Below are positions 1 through 8,740 of a DNA stretch of 28,642 nt, in pieces. Position 1 is the stretch's first letter; each line of letters starts with the position of its first letter. The notes under the pieces were generated by a model. The model saw only the letters and a list, made by a program, of their open reading frames with translations. It made no database searches and was not told where the DNA came from. A program made the position numbers and the translations under genes. Location: the sequence record SRR31156797_360; one strand, given 5' to 3'.

Positions 1-1
1 T

Positions 2-1399
2 GCACTAGTAGAAGCGATTAACTGCAATGTTAACCACTTCCTCTCAAAGCCTATCGACTCTAAGCAGCTTGACAAAGCTCTTGAAAAGTCTATCCAGCCG
101 ATTGTTTACTCCAGACTCGAAGAGAAGGCTCTCAGGCAGGAAGTTGAGCTTCTCAGATATCGTGAAAAATATCATTCACATCAAGAGAATAACGCATTTA
201 AGAAAGAGCTTAGTCTCATACTTAACGATTATTTTCTACAGAAATTTGATGTAACAAATAAAAATGGTGACGAGTACGGCGTTTTTATGAACATACTCTA
301 TAAGCCTCTCGACGTTCTCAGCGGAGATATCTACTCCATTAGAGAGCTTGAGGACGGGACAACCCTTGTTTTCCTTGCTGATTCTATGGGGAAGGGGCTG
401 TCTGCATCGGTTACATCCATCCTGACAACATCTTATATGAATCACATTATCGATACAGAGAGTGTTAAGGTTACATCAAGCCTCAGCAATATTATCGATT
501 GTTTTAATAAATATATAAAAAATATTCTCCTCGATGATGAGATACTTTCAATTAATTTTATGAAGATTGATTTCGTTAATGAGAAGATGGAGTATGCGAA
601 TTTCAGCTCCCCTCCAATTTATATTAAAACTAGCGACGGAGAGGTTAAACCGCTTAAATGCAATAACCCGCCGCTCACAAAATATCTAGTTGCGACGCAG
701 ACAAGTGTTTGCGATATGACTGATGTTAAAGGTATTCTAGCCCTTACTGACGGTCTTTATGAATGTGCAACTAAGGACGGAACCCCTGCTATGGAGCTTG
801 TGCAGGATGTTTATTCGAAGAACATTATGAAGACGGATTTTCATCTCCATATGGAGGAGCTCATAAATCAACCAGAGGACGATGTCTCCTGTATCCATAT
901 CCTTAAAGTAGATAGGTGTGACGAAGTCTTTGATACTTTCGAATTTGCTGCATCTCTTGTAAATGTGGGTAAAGCGATAGAGTGGGCCGAAGCTTTCCTT
1001 GAGAGGATGGAGATAGATATTGAGGACTCATCAATGCTGACACTCGCTTTCACTGAGCTTGTTATGAACGCATTTGAACATTCTGTCCTTGAGCTTGATA
1101 ACAGGCGAAAGTATAAGATGATCAACGATGGTGAGTATGATGAATTTATTAACGGTACTACCAGCGAGAAAAAGATATATGTTTCTGTAGCTATTAAGAA
1201 GTTTATTAATAAGAGATACATTAAAATATCCATAAAAGACGAAGGTTTGGGATTTGACCCTCAGATACTCAAAACATGGATGTACGATAAAGAGCAGAAC
1301 GACGGCAAGGGAGTTAAAATCTCACGCCGTATTATAGATGAAATCTACTACAGTGCTGACGGAAGAGAGTCTATCATCATACGAGTACTGGAAGATTAA
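2..1399 (+). CDS. 5'-truncated fusion: receiver-domain C-terminus + SpoIIE/PP2C phosphatase + RsbW-like HATPase
   Basis: Frame is open from base 2 (ALVEAINCNVNHFLSKPID, the REC 'KP' end), upstream of the track start at 287. PP2C motifs SGDIY, ADSMGKG, TDGL, EDDVS; HATPase motifs ELVMNAFEH, DEGLGFD, GKG. Confidence 0.85.
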   Translation, partial: ALVEAINCNVNHFLSKPIDSKQLDKALEKSIQPIVYSRLEEKALRQEVELLRYREKYHSHQENNAFKKELSLILNDYFLQKFDVTNKNGDEYGVFMNILYKPLDVLSGDIYSIRELEDGTTLVFLADSMGKGLSASVTSILTTSYMNHIIDTESVKVTSSLSNIIDCFNKYIKNILLDDEILSINFMKIDFVNEKMEYANFSSPPIYIKTSDGEVKPLKCNNPPLTKYLVATQTSVCDMTDVKGILALTDGLYECATKDGTPAMELVQDVYSKNIMKTDFHLHMEELINQPEDDVSCIHILKVDRCDEVFDTFEFAASLVNVGKAIEWAEAFLERMEIDIEDSSMLTLAFTELVMNAFEHSVLELDNRRKYKMINDGEYDEFINGTTSEKKIYVSVAIKKFINKRYIKISIKDEGLGFDPQILKTWMYDKEQNDGKGVKISRRIIDEIYYSADGRESIIIRVLED

Positions 1400-1402
1400 C
1401 GA

Positions 1403-2107
1403 GTGAACCTTCTCCTTTTCAAGCCATCAGAACTAAGTGGTGGCAACTTTCATATCACAGATAACAGAGCGGAGCACATCACCAAAGTTATTAAACCGTC
1501 TGTAGGGGACAAACTTAAGGCGGGAGTTATTAACGGAATGGTCGGCAGTGCCGGGATTACGGAGATATCATCAGGCAGTGTTAAGGGTGTGTTTAAAGCT
1601 GAGGCTAATCCGCCAAAAGCACCGGAGCTGTCGCTTATCATTGCGCTACCTCGACCAAAAGTTTTCAGAAGAATACTGAGCGGTATTACGTCTATGGGTG
1701 TCAAAGATATCCACATTATAAACTGCTGGCGGGTTGAAAAGAGCTATTGGAACAGTCCGTATATCTCAGAAGAGAGTGTCGATAAATATTGTTTCGATGC
1801 GCTCATGCAGGCGAAAGACAGCATAATGCCAAAGGTTAGCTTTCATCGTTTTTTTATGGGTTTTATCGAAGAAGGTTTAAACACTATTCCGGCTGAAAGA
1901 GCGAGGTTTATAGCACATCCTTATAGCGATGGTGAAGTTAAGCCTTATGCTCCGGCTGTGGTCGCTATCGGACCTGAGGGCGGGTTTATAGAGCGTGAGC
2001 TTGAAAGCTTTGCCGAGGCAGGTTTCAAAGGATTCAGTATGGGCGAGCGGACTTTGACTACAGAGCACTTTGTCCCGTATGTTATTGGCAGTATTCTAGG
2101 AAGGTAA
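1403..2107 (+). CDS. rsmE: 16S rRNA m3U1498 methyltransferase RsmE
   Basis: HITKVIK N-terminal motif, ALMQA, SPOUT motif IGPEGGF...GERTLTTE; GTG start. Confidence 0.9.
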   Translation: MNLLLFKPSELSGGNFHITDNRAEHITKVIKPSVGDKLKAGVINGMVGSAGITEISSGSVKGVFKAEANPPKAPELSLIIALPRPKVFRRILSGITSMGVKDIHIINCWRVEKSYWNSPYISEESVDKYCFDALMQAKDSIMPKVSFHRFFMGFIEEGLNTIPAERARFIAHPYSDGEVKPYAPAVVAIGPEGGFIERELESFAEAGFKGFSMGERTLTTEHFVPYVIGSILGR

Positions 2108-2108
2108 T

Positions 2109-2828
2109 ATGTTTTATAAATTTGACCGGAAGACAGATATATCTGATTATGATAGAGAAGGGATGATGCGCATCGACAGTATTCTGAATATCTTTCAGGA
2201 AGCTGCGATAGGGCACTCATCAAGTGTTGGCTACCCCACAGAAACCTACATGGGGATAGGCACTATCTGGATGCATAATAAGAATCTTTTCAAGATTGAT
2301 AAGCTGCCTAATTTCAGGCAGGAGCTCAAAGTTAAAACCTGGTCACGTGGGATAGATAAATTCAAAGGCTATAGAAACTATGAGATATATGCGGACGGGG
2401 AAAAGTGTGTAACTGGAAGCAGTATATGGATTTATCTTAATATAGAGAAGCGCAGACCTGTTAGACCGACTGGTGAGATGCTTGAGAGATATGACTCAGA
2501 AGATGTCCCGGTTTTTGAAGATAAGATTAAAACTTTGAAAATAGATGAGCCAGCTAATGATTATGAGAAGATAATTACGGTGAGACCATCAGATTTCGAT
2601 GTTAACGGGCACGTCAGTAATGTTGTTTACGGTTCATTTGTGGATGTCGCTTTGCAGGATGCAGGAGTTGACATAGTTGATAAATATATTAGTTTTTCAT
2701 ATATGCACGAGATCACACCTGATGTTCAGGAGGTGAGTGTGAAGATGAGTAAAGCTGAAAAAGGGCATAGGCTGGGGATATATTCCGGTGATGTTTGCCA
2801 CTGTGTCTGCGGGGTGGATAATGAGTAA
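2109..2828 (+). CDS. Acyl-ACP thioesterase (FatA/B-like, double hotdog)
   Basis: FQEAA, VKTW, GYRNYEI, SIWIYLNIEKRRP and VRPSDFDVNGHVSN motifs. Confidence 0.85.
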   Translation: MFYKFDRKTDISDYDREGMMRIDSILNIFQEAAIGHSSSVGYPTETYMGIGTIWMHNKNLFKIDKLPNFRQELKVKTWSRGIDKFKGYRNYEIYADGEKCVTGSSIWIYLNIEKRRPVRPTGEMLERYDSEDVPVFEDKIKTLKIDEPANDYEKIITVRPSDFDVNGHVSNVVYGSFVDVALQDAGVDIVDKYISFSYMHEITPDVQEVSVKMSKAEKGHRLGIYSGDVCHCVCGVDNE

Positions 2829-3471
2829 AAAAATATTGATAACAGGTGTTTCCAAAGGTTTAGGCTACGAGCTTGCGAAGAGATATGCTGATGCAGGTCA
2901 TACTGTGATCGGTTGCAGCAGGAGCGGTTCAGGTCCGGAAGGGCTAGCGGTTTGCTCCTCTGTCGATGTTGCAGATTTCAGCTCAGTGTCTGCTTTTGCA
3001 AAGGGTGTCGCTGATAAAGTCGGTGCGCCTGATTTGATAGTAAATAACGCCGCTGTGATGAATGATAAGGTTAATCTATGGGAGATTGATCCTGTGGATT
3101 TTCAGCAGCTTATGGATATAAATGTGGTTGGAAGTTTTAATATTATCAAAGCTTTTTACACTATGATGAACGGAAAGGGTGTGATAGTGAATATCAGCTC
3201 CGGCTGGGGGAGAGGTACATCTCCGCAGGTTGCACCTTACTGTGCATCGAAATTCGCAATCGAAGGGATGAGCATGGCTATGGCGCAGGAAGTGCCGGAA
3301 GGTATGGCTGTTGTCAGTCTTAATCCGGGCTTTATCGACACAAGTATGGTTCAAGGTATTTTTGGTAAAGGTTCTGGTGCTGAGCCTGTAAGCTCTTGGG
3401 CGGACAAGGCTGCATCATTAATTTTAAATTTCTCAGCAAAAGATAACGGTTCTCAGGTGTCTGTCGCATGA
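2821..3471 (+). CDS. Classical SDR, pterin aldehyde reductase-like
   Basis: TGVSKGLG, NNAA, SSGWGR, YCASK, LNPG. The ATG at 2821 (MSKKILITG) overlaps the upstream gene end and is preferred over 2788. Confidence 0.85.
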   Translation: MSKKILITGVSKGLGYELAKRYADAGHTVIGCSRSGSGPEGLAVCSSVDVADFSSVSAFAKGVADKVGAPDLIVNNAAVMNDKVNLWEIDPVDFQQLMDINVVGSFNIIKAFYTMMNGKGVIVNISSGWGRGTSPQVAPYCASKFAIEGMSMAMAQEVPEGMAVVSLNPGFIDTSMVQGIFGKGSGAEPVSSWADKAASLILNFSAKDNGSQVSVA

Positions 3472-4343
3472 GCAGTGAAAATCGCTTAGGTTTCCAGCTT
3501 GCAACAGGTGCTTTTATCCTCTGGGGCGCACTCCCTATATACTGGAAACTTCTCCATGATGTGCCTGCAGAGGAAGTTCTCGCACACCGTGTGATATGGT
3601 CTATTATTCTGGTATACATAATACTTCTTATGCAGGGGCGAATGTCTGAGCTCACAGATGCACTTAAAGATAAGCGTACCGTTCTGCTTATGATCTTCTC
3701 CGGTGTCATCATCGGAACCAACTGGTATACATATATCTGGGCGGTGAATCACGACCGTGTTCTTGAAACCAGCATGGGGTATTTCATATGCCCTATGGTG
3801 AGCATTGTTCTCGGGTTTGCATTTCTTAAAGAGAAGATCAGGGGGCTTATGAAGCCTGCGGTTATTTTCGCACTGGCAGGGAGTTTAGTAGTCAGTATCG
3901 GCTACGATAAGTTTCCTGTGGCGGGGTTTTACCTAGCCGCCAGTTTTGGCTTCTACGGTCTTTTCCGTAAAAAGGTTCAGGTCAAACCTATGCCTGGCTT
4001 GTTTATAGAGGCGCTGGCACTTCTGCCACTATCAATAATTTACCTCGCTTATGTTCATATAAATGGCGGCGGTGCGTTCCTTAAGGATACGTCAGATTCG
4101 CTTTACCTTATAGGCACGGGCGCTATGACGTCTATCCCGCTTCTGCTTTATGTTGGCGGTGCGTCACGGATTCGCCTCGGAACACTAGGCACACTTCAAT
4201 ACATCGCACCGACAATAGCTTTTTTTATCGGCGCATTCATGTACTCAGAGCCGATGAATAGCGGACGTTTAGCTGCATTCGCTCTTATATGGATAGGTGT
4301 TGCACTTTATATGTCTCAGCTTTACAGAGACAGCCGTCATTAA
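3468..4343 (+). CDS. rarD: EamA/DMT family transporter RarD
   Basis: WGALPIYWK, LAHRVIWS, NWYTYIWAV, SMGYFICP, YGLFRK, LQYIAPT; about 10 hydrophobic segments. Confidence 0.9.
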   Translation: MSSENRLGFQLATGAFILWGALPIYWKLLHDVPAEEVLAHRVIWSIILVYIILLMQGRMSELTDALKDKRTVLLMIFSGVIIGTNWYTYIWAVNHDRVLETSMGYFICPMVSIVLGFAFLKEKIRGLMKPAVIFALAGSLVVSIGYDKFPVAGFYLAASFGFYGLFRKKVQVKPMPGLFIEALALLPLSIIYLAYVHINGGGAFLKDTSDSLYLIGTGAMTSIPLLLYVGGASRIRLGTLGTLQYIAPTIAFFIGAFMYSEPMNSGRLAAFALIWIGVALYMSQLYRDSRH

Positions 4344-5065
4344 TCCCTGTGTACGGCGAAAGCGTTCCACGCCTGTTTTGTCGGCATTATCTCAAGAGTA
4401 TTGATATTTACATGCTCAGGGAGTGTTGCGCACCAGTAGACTGATTCTGCGATATCATCCGCAGTGAGAGCCTCTGTATTATCATAAACCTTGTCAGCCT
4501 TCTCTTTATCACCTTTGAATCTGACGGTAGAGAATTCTGTATCAGCCATCCCCGGCTCTATGTTAGTTACTCTTACATTTTTCCCGAGTATATCGTTGCG
4601 TAGATTGCGTGAGAACTGCTGTACAAAAGCTTTGCTTGCGCCGTAAACACTTCCGCCCGGGTAGGGCCAGTTACCAGCTACAGAGCCTATGTTTATGATA
4701 TGACCGACACCTTTCTCGACCATGTTCGGCAGAGCCGCACGAGAGCAGTACATTACACCTTTTATGTTAGTGTCCACCATGGTTTCCCAGTCTACGAGGT
4801 CAACTTCGTATGCCGGCTCAAGCCCGAGAGCAAGCCCGGCGTTATTCACAAGAACGTCTATATCGTTAAATTTACTAAATATTTTGCAGACAGTCTTCTT
4901 ATCTGTAACATCTAACATAACGATCTGACAGCCAGTCTCCTCTTTCAGCTTATTGAGTCTTTCCGTACGTCTTCCCGCAGCTATTACTTCGTGCCCTTCT
5001 TTAACAAATCTTCTGGCGATCGCTTCGCCAAATCCGGATGTTGCACCTGTAACGAATATTTTCAT
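4340..5065 (-). CDS. ydfG: NADP-dependent 3-hydroxy acid dehydrogenase (YdfG-type SDR)
   Basis: TGATSGFG, NNAGLALG, WPYPGGSVYGASKAFV, EFSTVRFKGD, PEHVNINTLEIMPTKQ. Confidence 0.85.
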   Translation of the reverse strand: MKIFVTGATSGFGEAIARRFVKEGHEVIAAGRRTERLNKLKEETGCQIVMLDVTDKKTVCKIFSKFNDIDVLVNNAGLALGLEPAYEVDLVDWETMVDTNIKGVMYCSRAALPNMVEKGVGHIINIGSVAGNWPYPGGSVYGASKAFVQQFSRNLRNDILGKNVRVTNIEPGMADTEFSTVRFKGDKEKADKVYDNTEALTADDIAESVYWCATLPEHVNINTLEIMPTKQAWNAFAVHRD

Positions 5066-5099
5066 AATTGTCTCCGATGTCTTTTTTATATTTTAGCAT

Positions 5100-5133
5100 A
5101 AAAAAAAAGGGTGACCATCTCTGATCACCCTTT
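5100..5133 (-). terminator. Intrinsic terminator downstream of upp
   Basis: Minus strand reads AAAGGGTGATCA-GAGA-TGGTCACCCTTT followed by a long T run; GNRA loop. Confidence 0.8.
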
Positions 5134-5147
5134 AGTTACATGTAAAT

Positions 5148-5259
5148 CTCCATGGACGGACATCTCGGAACGATGCTTTAAATCCAGTGGAGCGTGCTCA
5201 TAAGGCGACTTGTTGCCTTATGAGTGTGGCATATTTTTACAAGGATGTTAAAAATATGC
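5148..5259 (+). ncRNA. Candidate structured RNA or repeat: three stem-loop units with GGA motifs
   Basis: Stems CTCCA/TGGAG, CGTGCTCATAAGGCGA-CTTG-TTGCCTTATGAGTGTG (G-U pairs on the + strand) and GCATATTTTT/AAAAATATGC enclosing ACAAGGATGT. Confidence 0.4.
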
Positions 5260-5263
5260 TTAA

Positions 5264-5899
5264 TTATTTAGTACCGAACAGTCGGTCGCCGGCGTCGCCG
5301 AGACCTGGTACGATATATCCTTTCTCATTCAGCTTTTCATCCAGACCAGCGGCATAAACCTGAATGTCAGGATGTGCCTCACAGAAAGCTTTAACGCCCT
5401 CCGGAGCAGCAATCAGACACATGAACTTGATATGCTTTATACCTTCTTCCTTAAGCCTGTCAGCAGCCGCAATAGCAGAGCCGCCAGTTGCCAGCATAGG
5501 GTCGATAAGTATAAAATCCCTATCCTCTGAGTGAGGCGGAACTTTGAAATAGTATGACACAGGCTGAAGAGTTTTTTCATCTCTGTAAAGACCTATATGT
5601 CCGACACGAGCCGAAGGCATCAGCTTAAGGAAGCCGTCGATCATGCCAAGTCCTGCACGGAGGATAGGCACAAGTGCAACCTTTTTGCCAGCAACCTGCT
5701 TACATGTTGTTTTGCAGATAGGTGTTTCTATTTCTATGTCCTGAAGAGGGAAGTCTTTAGTTATTTCGTAAGCCATAAGCATGGCTACTTCGTCTACAAG
5801 TTCTTTGAACTCCTTTTTAGAGGTGTTCTTGTCACGGATGATAGTAAGCTTGTGCTCGATGAGCGGGTGCTTAACTACGCTGAAGTTCTTAAATTCCAT
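5264..5899 (-). CDS. upp: Uracil phosphoribosyltransferase
   Basis: [43 protein letters not shown]. Confidence 0.97.
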   Translation of the reverse strand: MEFKNFSVVKHPLIEHKLTIIRDKNTSKKEFKELVDEVAMLMAYEITKDFPLQDIEIETPICKTTCKQVAGKKVALVPILRAGLGMIDGFLKLMPSARVGHIGLYRDEKTLQPVSYYFKVPPHSEDRDFILIDPMLATGGSAIAAADRLKEEGIKHIKFMCLIAAPEGVKAFCEAHPDIQVYAAGLDEKLNEKGYIVPGLGDAGDRLFGTK

Positions 5900-7129
5900 T
5901 TACTTGTCCCTTGGGAGAATGAGGTTGAGGACTATACCAACGATACCTGCGAGACCGATTCCGCCGAGAGTGACCTTGCCCATTGTGAATGAGAGGTTAC
6001 CTATACCTACAACGAGGATAACGGAAGCGATGATGAGGTTTCTTGATTTAGAAAAATCCACTTTGTCACGAACGAGTGTGCTGATTCCGATAGATGCGAT
6101 CATACCGAAAAGGAGGATCATTATTCCGCCCATTACAGGTACAGGAATAGTTTTCAGCACAGCACCGAGCTTGCCCACAAATGCGAGCACTATTGCTGTT
6201 ATGGCTGCGATTGTCATATACATAGGGTTGAAAGCCTTTGTAAGTGCAACAGCACCAGTTACTTCTGAGTATGTAGTGTTAGGAGGTCCGCCGAGAACAG
6301 ACGCGAATGATGTCGCAAGACCGTCACCGAGAAGTGTTCTGTGGAGTCCAGGTTCTTTAAGGTAGTTTTTCCCTGTTGCGCTTGAGATAGCGAGAACGTC
6401 ACCAACGTGTTCGATAGCAGGAGCGATAGCAACAGGTACGATGTAAAGTATTGCAGCGATATCAAAAACAGGAAGAGCGTATGTGCCGTTTTCAATAGCA
6501 GCGACCCAGGGAACAGCAAACCATGCAGCATCAGCGATAGGCTGGAATGATACTACGCCGAGGATCATAGAGAATATATAACCAACTACAATACCCATAA
6601 GGATAGGTATGAGACTGAATATTTTTTTACCGTATGTAACAGTAAGTATTGCGGTAAGGACAGATACCACAGCGATGAGCATAGCTTTACCGTCGTAGTT
6701 TCCAGAACCGTCAAAGCTCTTAGCCATGTTTACAGCTACAGGGGCAAGATTAAGACCGATTACCATGATTACCGGGCCGGTTACGATAGCTGGAAGGTAT
6801 TTTTCAACTGCTTCCACGCCGCCAGTTTTTACTATAAGAGATAAAATAACATATGCTACACCTGCGCAAGCGAGACCACCAAGGGTTGCGCCGATGCCAA
6901 ATTCCTTTATACCAAAGGATATTGGAGCGATAAAAGCGAATGAGCTGGCGAGAAAAACCGGAACCATTCTCTTAGTTACGATTTGAAAAAGTATTGTACC
7001 TGCGCCTGCTGTAAAAAGGGCGATCGATGGATCAAGTCCTGTGAGCAGCGGGACAAGAACAAGTGCGCCGAATGCTACGAAGAGCATCTGGACACCGAGG
7101 ATAAGGGTTTTAATAAAACTTTCCTGCAT
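5900..7129 (-). CDS. uraA: NCS2 uracil permease
   Basis: QMLFVAFGALVLVP, SSFAFIAP, EHVGD, GGPPNTTYSE; adjacent to upp. Start set at the ATG at 7129, behind GGAGG. Confidence 0.9.
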   Translation of the reverse strand: MQESFIKTLILGVQMLFVAFGALVLVPLLTGLDPSIALFTAGAGTILFQIVTKRMVPVFLASSFAFIAPISFGIKEFGIGATLGGLACAGVAYVILSLIVKTGGVEAVEKYLPAIVTGPVIMVIGLNLAPVAVNMAKSFDGSGNYDGKAMLIAVVSVLTAILTVTYGKKIFSLIPILMGIVVGYIFSMILGVVSFQPIADAAWFAVPWVAAIENGTYALPVFDIAAILYIVPVAIAPAIEHVGDVLAISSATGKNYLKEPGLHRTLLGDGLATSFASVLGGPPNTTYSEVTGAVALTKAFNPMYMTIAAITAIVLAFVGKLGAVLKTIPVPVMGGIMILLFGMIASIGISTLVRDKVDFSKSRNLIIASVILVVGIGNLSFTMGKVTLGGIGLAGIVGIVLNLILPRDK

Positions 7130-7206
7130 TAGAGAGCCTCCTGTATAATTTGTTTTAGAACAAAACAATCAATATTAGTAGTTTTTGATAGCAAAGTAAA
7201 GATAAA

Positions 7207-7234
7207 TGGTATATAAAATATCTTAGATATACCA
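7207..7234. promoter_or_regulatory. Inverted repeat in the divergent uraA/ltaE intergenic region (possible operator)
   Basis: TGGTATAT-N12-ATATACCA, perfect 8-bp arms. Confidence 0.3.
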
Positions 7235-7321
7235 GCTGGTTATAAGCGGATTCCTTTGGTTGGTTTTCCAAGTGACTGATAATGTTAATTCTAGTTGAAA
7301 TGAATTATTTCGAGGTGTGAA

Positions 7322-8326
7322 ATGAACAGTGCATTTATGAGTGATAACACCGCTCCTGTGGATGAAAGAATTTTACAGGCTATCTCGAAAGCTAATGTCG
7401 GTTTTGCAAAATCGTACGGTTATGATGACCACACTGTTAAGGCTGAAGTGCTTATCCGTAAAGAATTCGGTTCTGGTGCTGTTTTCTTTCCAGTGCTAAC
7501 TGGAACTGGTGCAAATGTTATTTCACTTGCCTCTATTTTATCTCCGTTTCAGTCAGTGATTTGTGCTGAGACAGCGCATATTAATATTGATGAATGCGGA
7601 GCACCTGAAAGATTTTTGGGCAGTAAGCTGGTCTCTCTGAGGACAGAGCAGGGGAAGCTGAAACCTTCTGACATCAAGCCGCTTTTACACGGTAAGGGAT
7701 TTGAACATCACAGCCAGCCACGGGTTATATCTATCTCTCAGGTAACAGAAACCGGTGTTGCATATACTAAGGAAGAAGTTAAGTCTTTATCAGATTTTGC
7801 AAAGGCTAACGATCTGCTCCTTCACATAGACGGCTCAAGGCTCGTGAATGCTGCCGCTTATTTAGGCTGTTCAATGGGTGAAGCGGTGAAGGGAGCGGAT
7901 GTGATATCCTTCGGAGGGACTAAGAACGGGCTTATGCTCGGGGAAGCGGTGATATTTCTCAATCCTGCTCTGGCTGAAAACTGTAAATATTTCCGCAAAC
8001 AGGCTATGCAGCTCTTTTCAAAGATGAGATACATCTCTGCACAATATATCCCTTATCTTGAAAGCGGAATATGGCTTGAGAACGCATCTCACGCTAATAG
8101 GATGGCGAAAAAACTTTCAGATGGCTTTAAAAGCTCTGGCTATAAATTTGAGTACCCGGTGAATAGCAACGCAGTTTTTGTATATCTTCCGAAAGAGTTG
8201 ATTGAAAAGCTTTCTGAGCAGTTCGGTTTTTACGTCTGGGACGAAGAGACTAATCTCTGCCGTTTTATGTGCTCATTTGCAACAACAGAAGAGGATGTTG
8301 ATTCTCTTTTAGGGAAAGTTAGTTAA
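7322..8326 (+). CDS. ltaE: Low-specificity L-threonine aldolase (PLP-dependent)
   Basis: SDN, TGTGAN, AHINIDECGAPE, HIDGSR, FGGTKNG (PLP lysine); GAGGTG RBS. Confidence 0.9.
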   Translation: MNSAFMSDNTAPVDERILQAISKANVGFAKSYGYDDHTVKAEVLIRKEFGSGAVFFPVLTGTGANVISLASILSPFQSVICAETAHINIDECGAPERFLGSKLVSLRTEQGKLKPSDIKPLLHGKGFEHHSQPRVISISQVTETGVAYTKEEVKSLSDFAKANDLLLHIDGSRLVNAAAYLGCSMGEAVKGADVISFGGTKNGLMLGEAVIFLNPALAENCKYFRKQAMQLFSKMRYISAQYIPYLESGIWLENASHANRMAKKLSDGFKSSGYKFEYPVNSNAVFVYLPKELIEKLSEQFGFYVWDEETNLCRFMCSFATTEEDVDSLLGKVS

Positions 8327-8551
8327 CAAGTTAATATTTAATGAAGGATATTGTTCATTTTGAGTGCGTCTTAGTTAAAGCTCACTTTACAATTTGCTTT
8401 CACTGTATAACTAATTGTTGTTTTTAAGGCATTTTTGTATGCTAAATCAAAAAAAACACCTATAATATATAGGGAAAGTTAACTTTTAGCTTTATTTTTT
8501 TATGACTTTTTCTTAAAATTTAATCTACGTTTGAAAAATGGGAGTCGTACT

Positions 8552-8710
8552 ATGTCAGAGAAAGAAGAGACCACCATGGTTGAGGTGAAATGCCCGCTTT
8601 GCGATCATACTGAGATAATTTACGTCCCGAAAGAAGAAGTTCCCAAATGCCCTGTGCATAATGTGACTATGAATATTCACGAGGTGCTTGAGGAAGGGAA
8701 ATCTTACTGA
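8552..8710 (+). CDS. 52-aa Zn-ribbon-like microprotein (CPLC...CPVH), below the ORF-track length cutoff
   Basis: Translates as MSEKEETTMVEVKCPLCDHTEIIYVPKEEVPKCPVHNVTMNIHEVLEEGKSY*; GGAG RBS upstream; ends 30 bp before the ABC binding protein. Confidence 0.8.
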   Translation: MSEKEETTMVEVKCPLCDHTEIIYVPKEEVPKCPVHNVTMNIHEVLEEGKSY

Positions 8711-8740
8711 TGGAATTCTTGCTAAGGAGGCAATTATAAT

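Noticed and set aside
27-254. 75-aa ORF on the + strand
   Set aside because: Off-frame overlap with the open frame 2..1399, which gives recognisable REC sequence.
5597-6986. Long + strand ORFs (5597, 5781, 6726) and similar antisense ORFs across the window
   Set aside because: Shadows of well-supported genes on the opposite strand or frame; no motifs or RBS support.
7130-7200. PyrR attenuator upstream of uraA-upp
   Set aside because: No AGUCCAGAGAGGCU-like PyrR-binding loop and no terminator/antiterminator pair seen.
8426-8443. Possible sigma54 promoter (AAGGCA...TGCT)
   Set aside because: GG-to-GC spacing is 11 nt instead of the required 10.
8708-8725. Selenocysteine readthrough of the microprotein TGA
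   Set aside because: An in-frame TAA follows within a few codons and no SECIS-like hairpin is evident.
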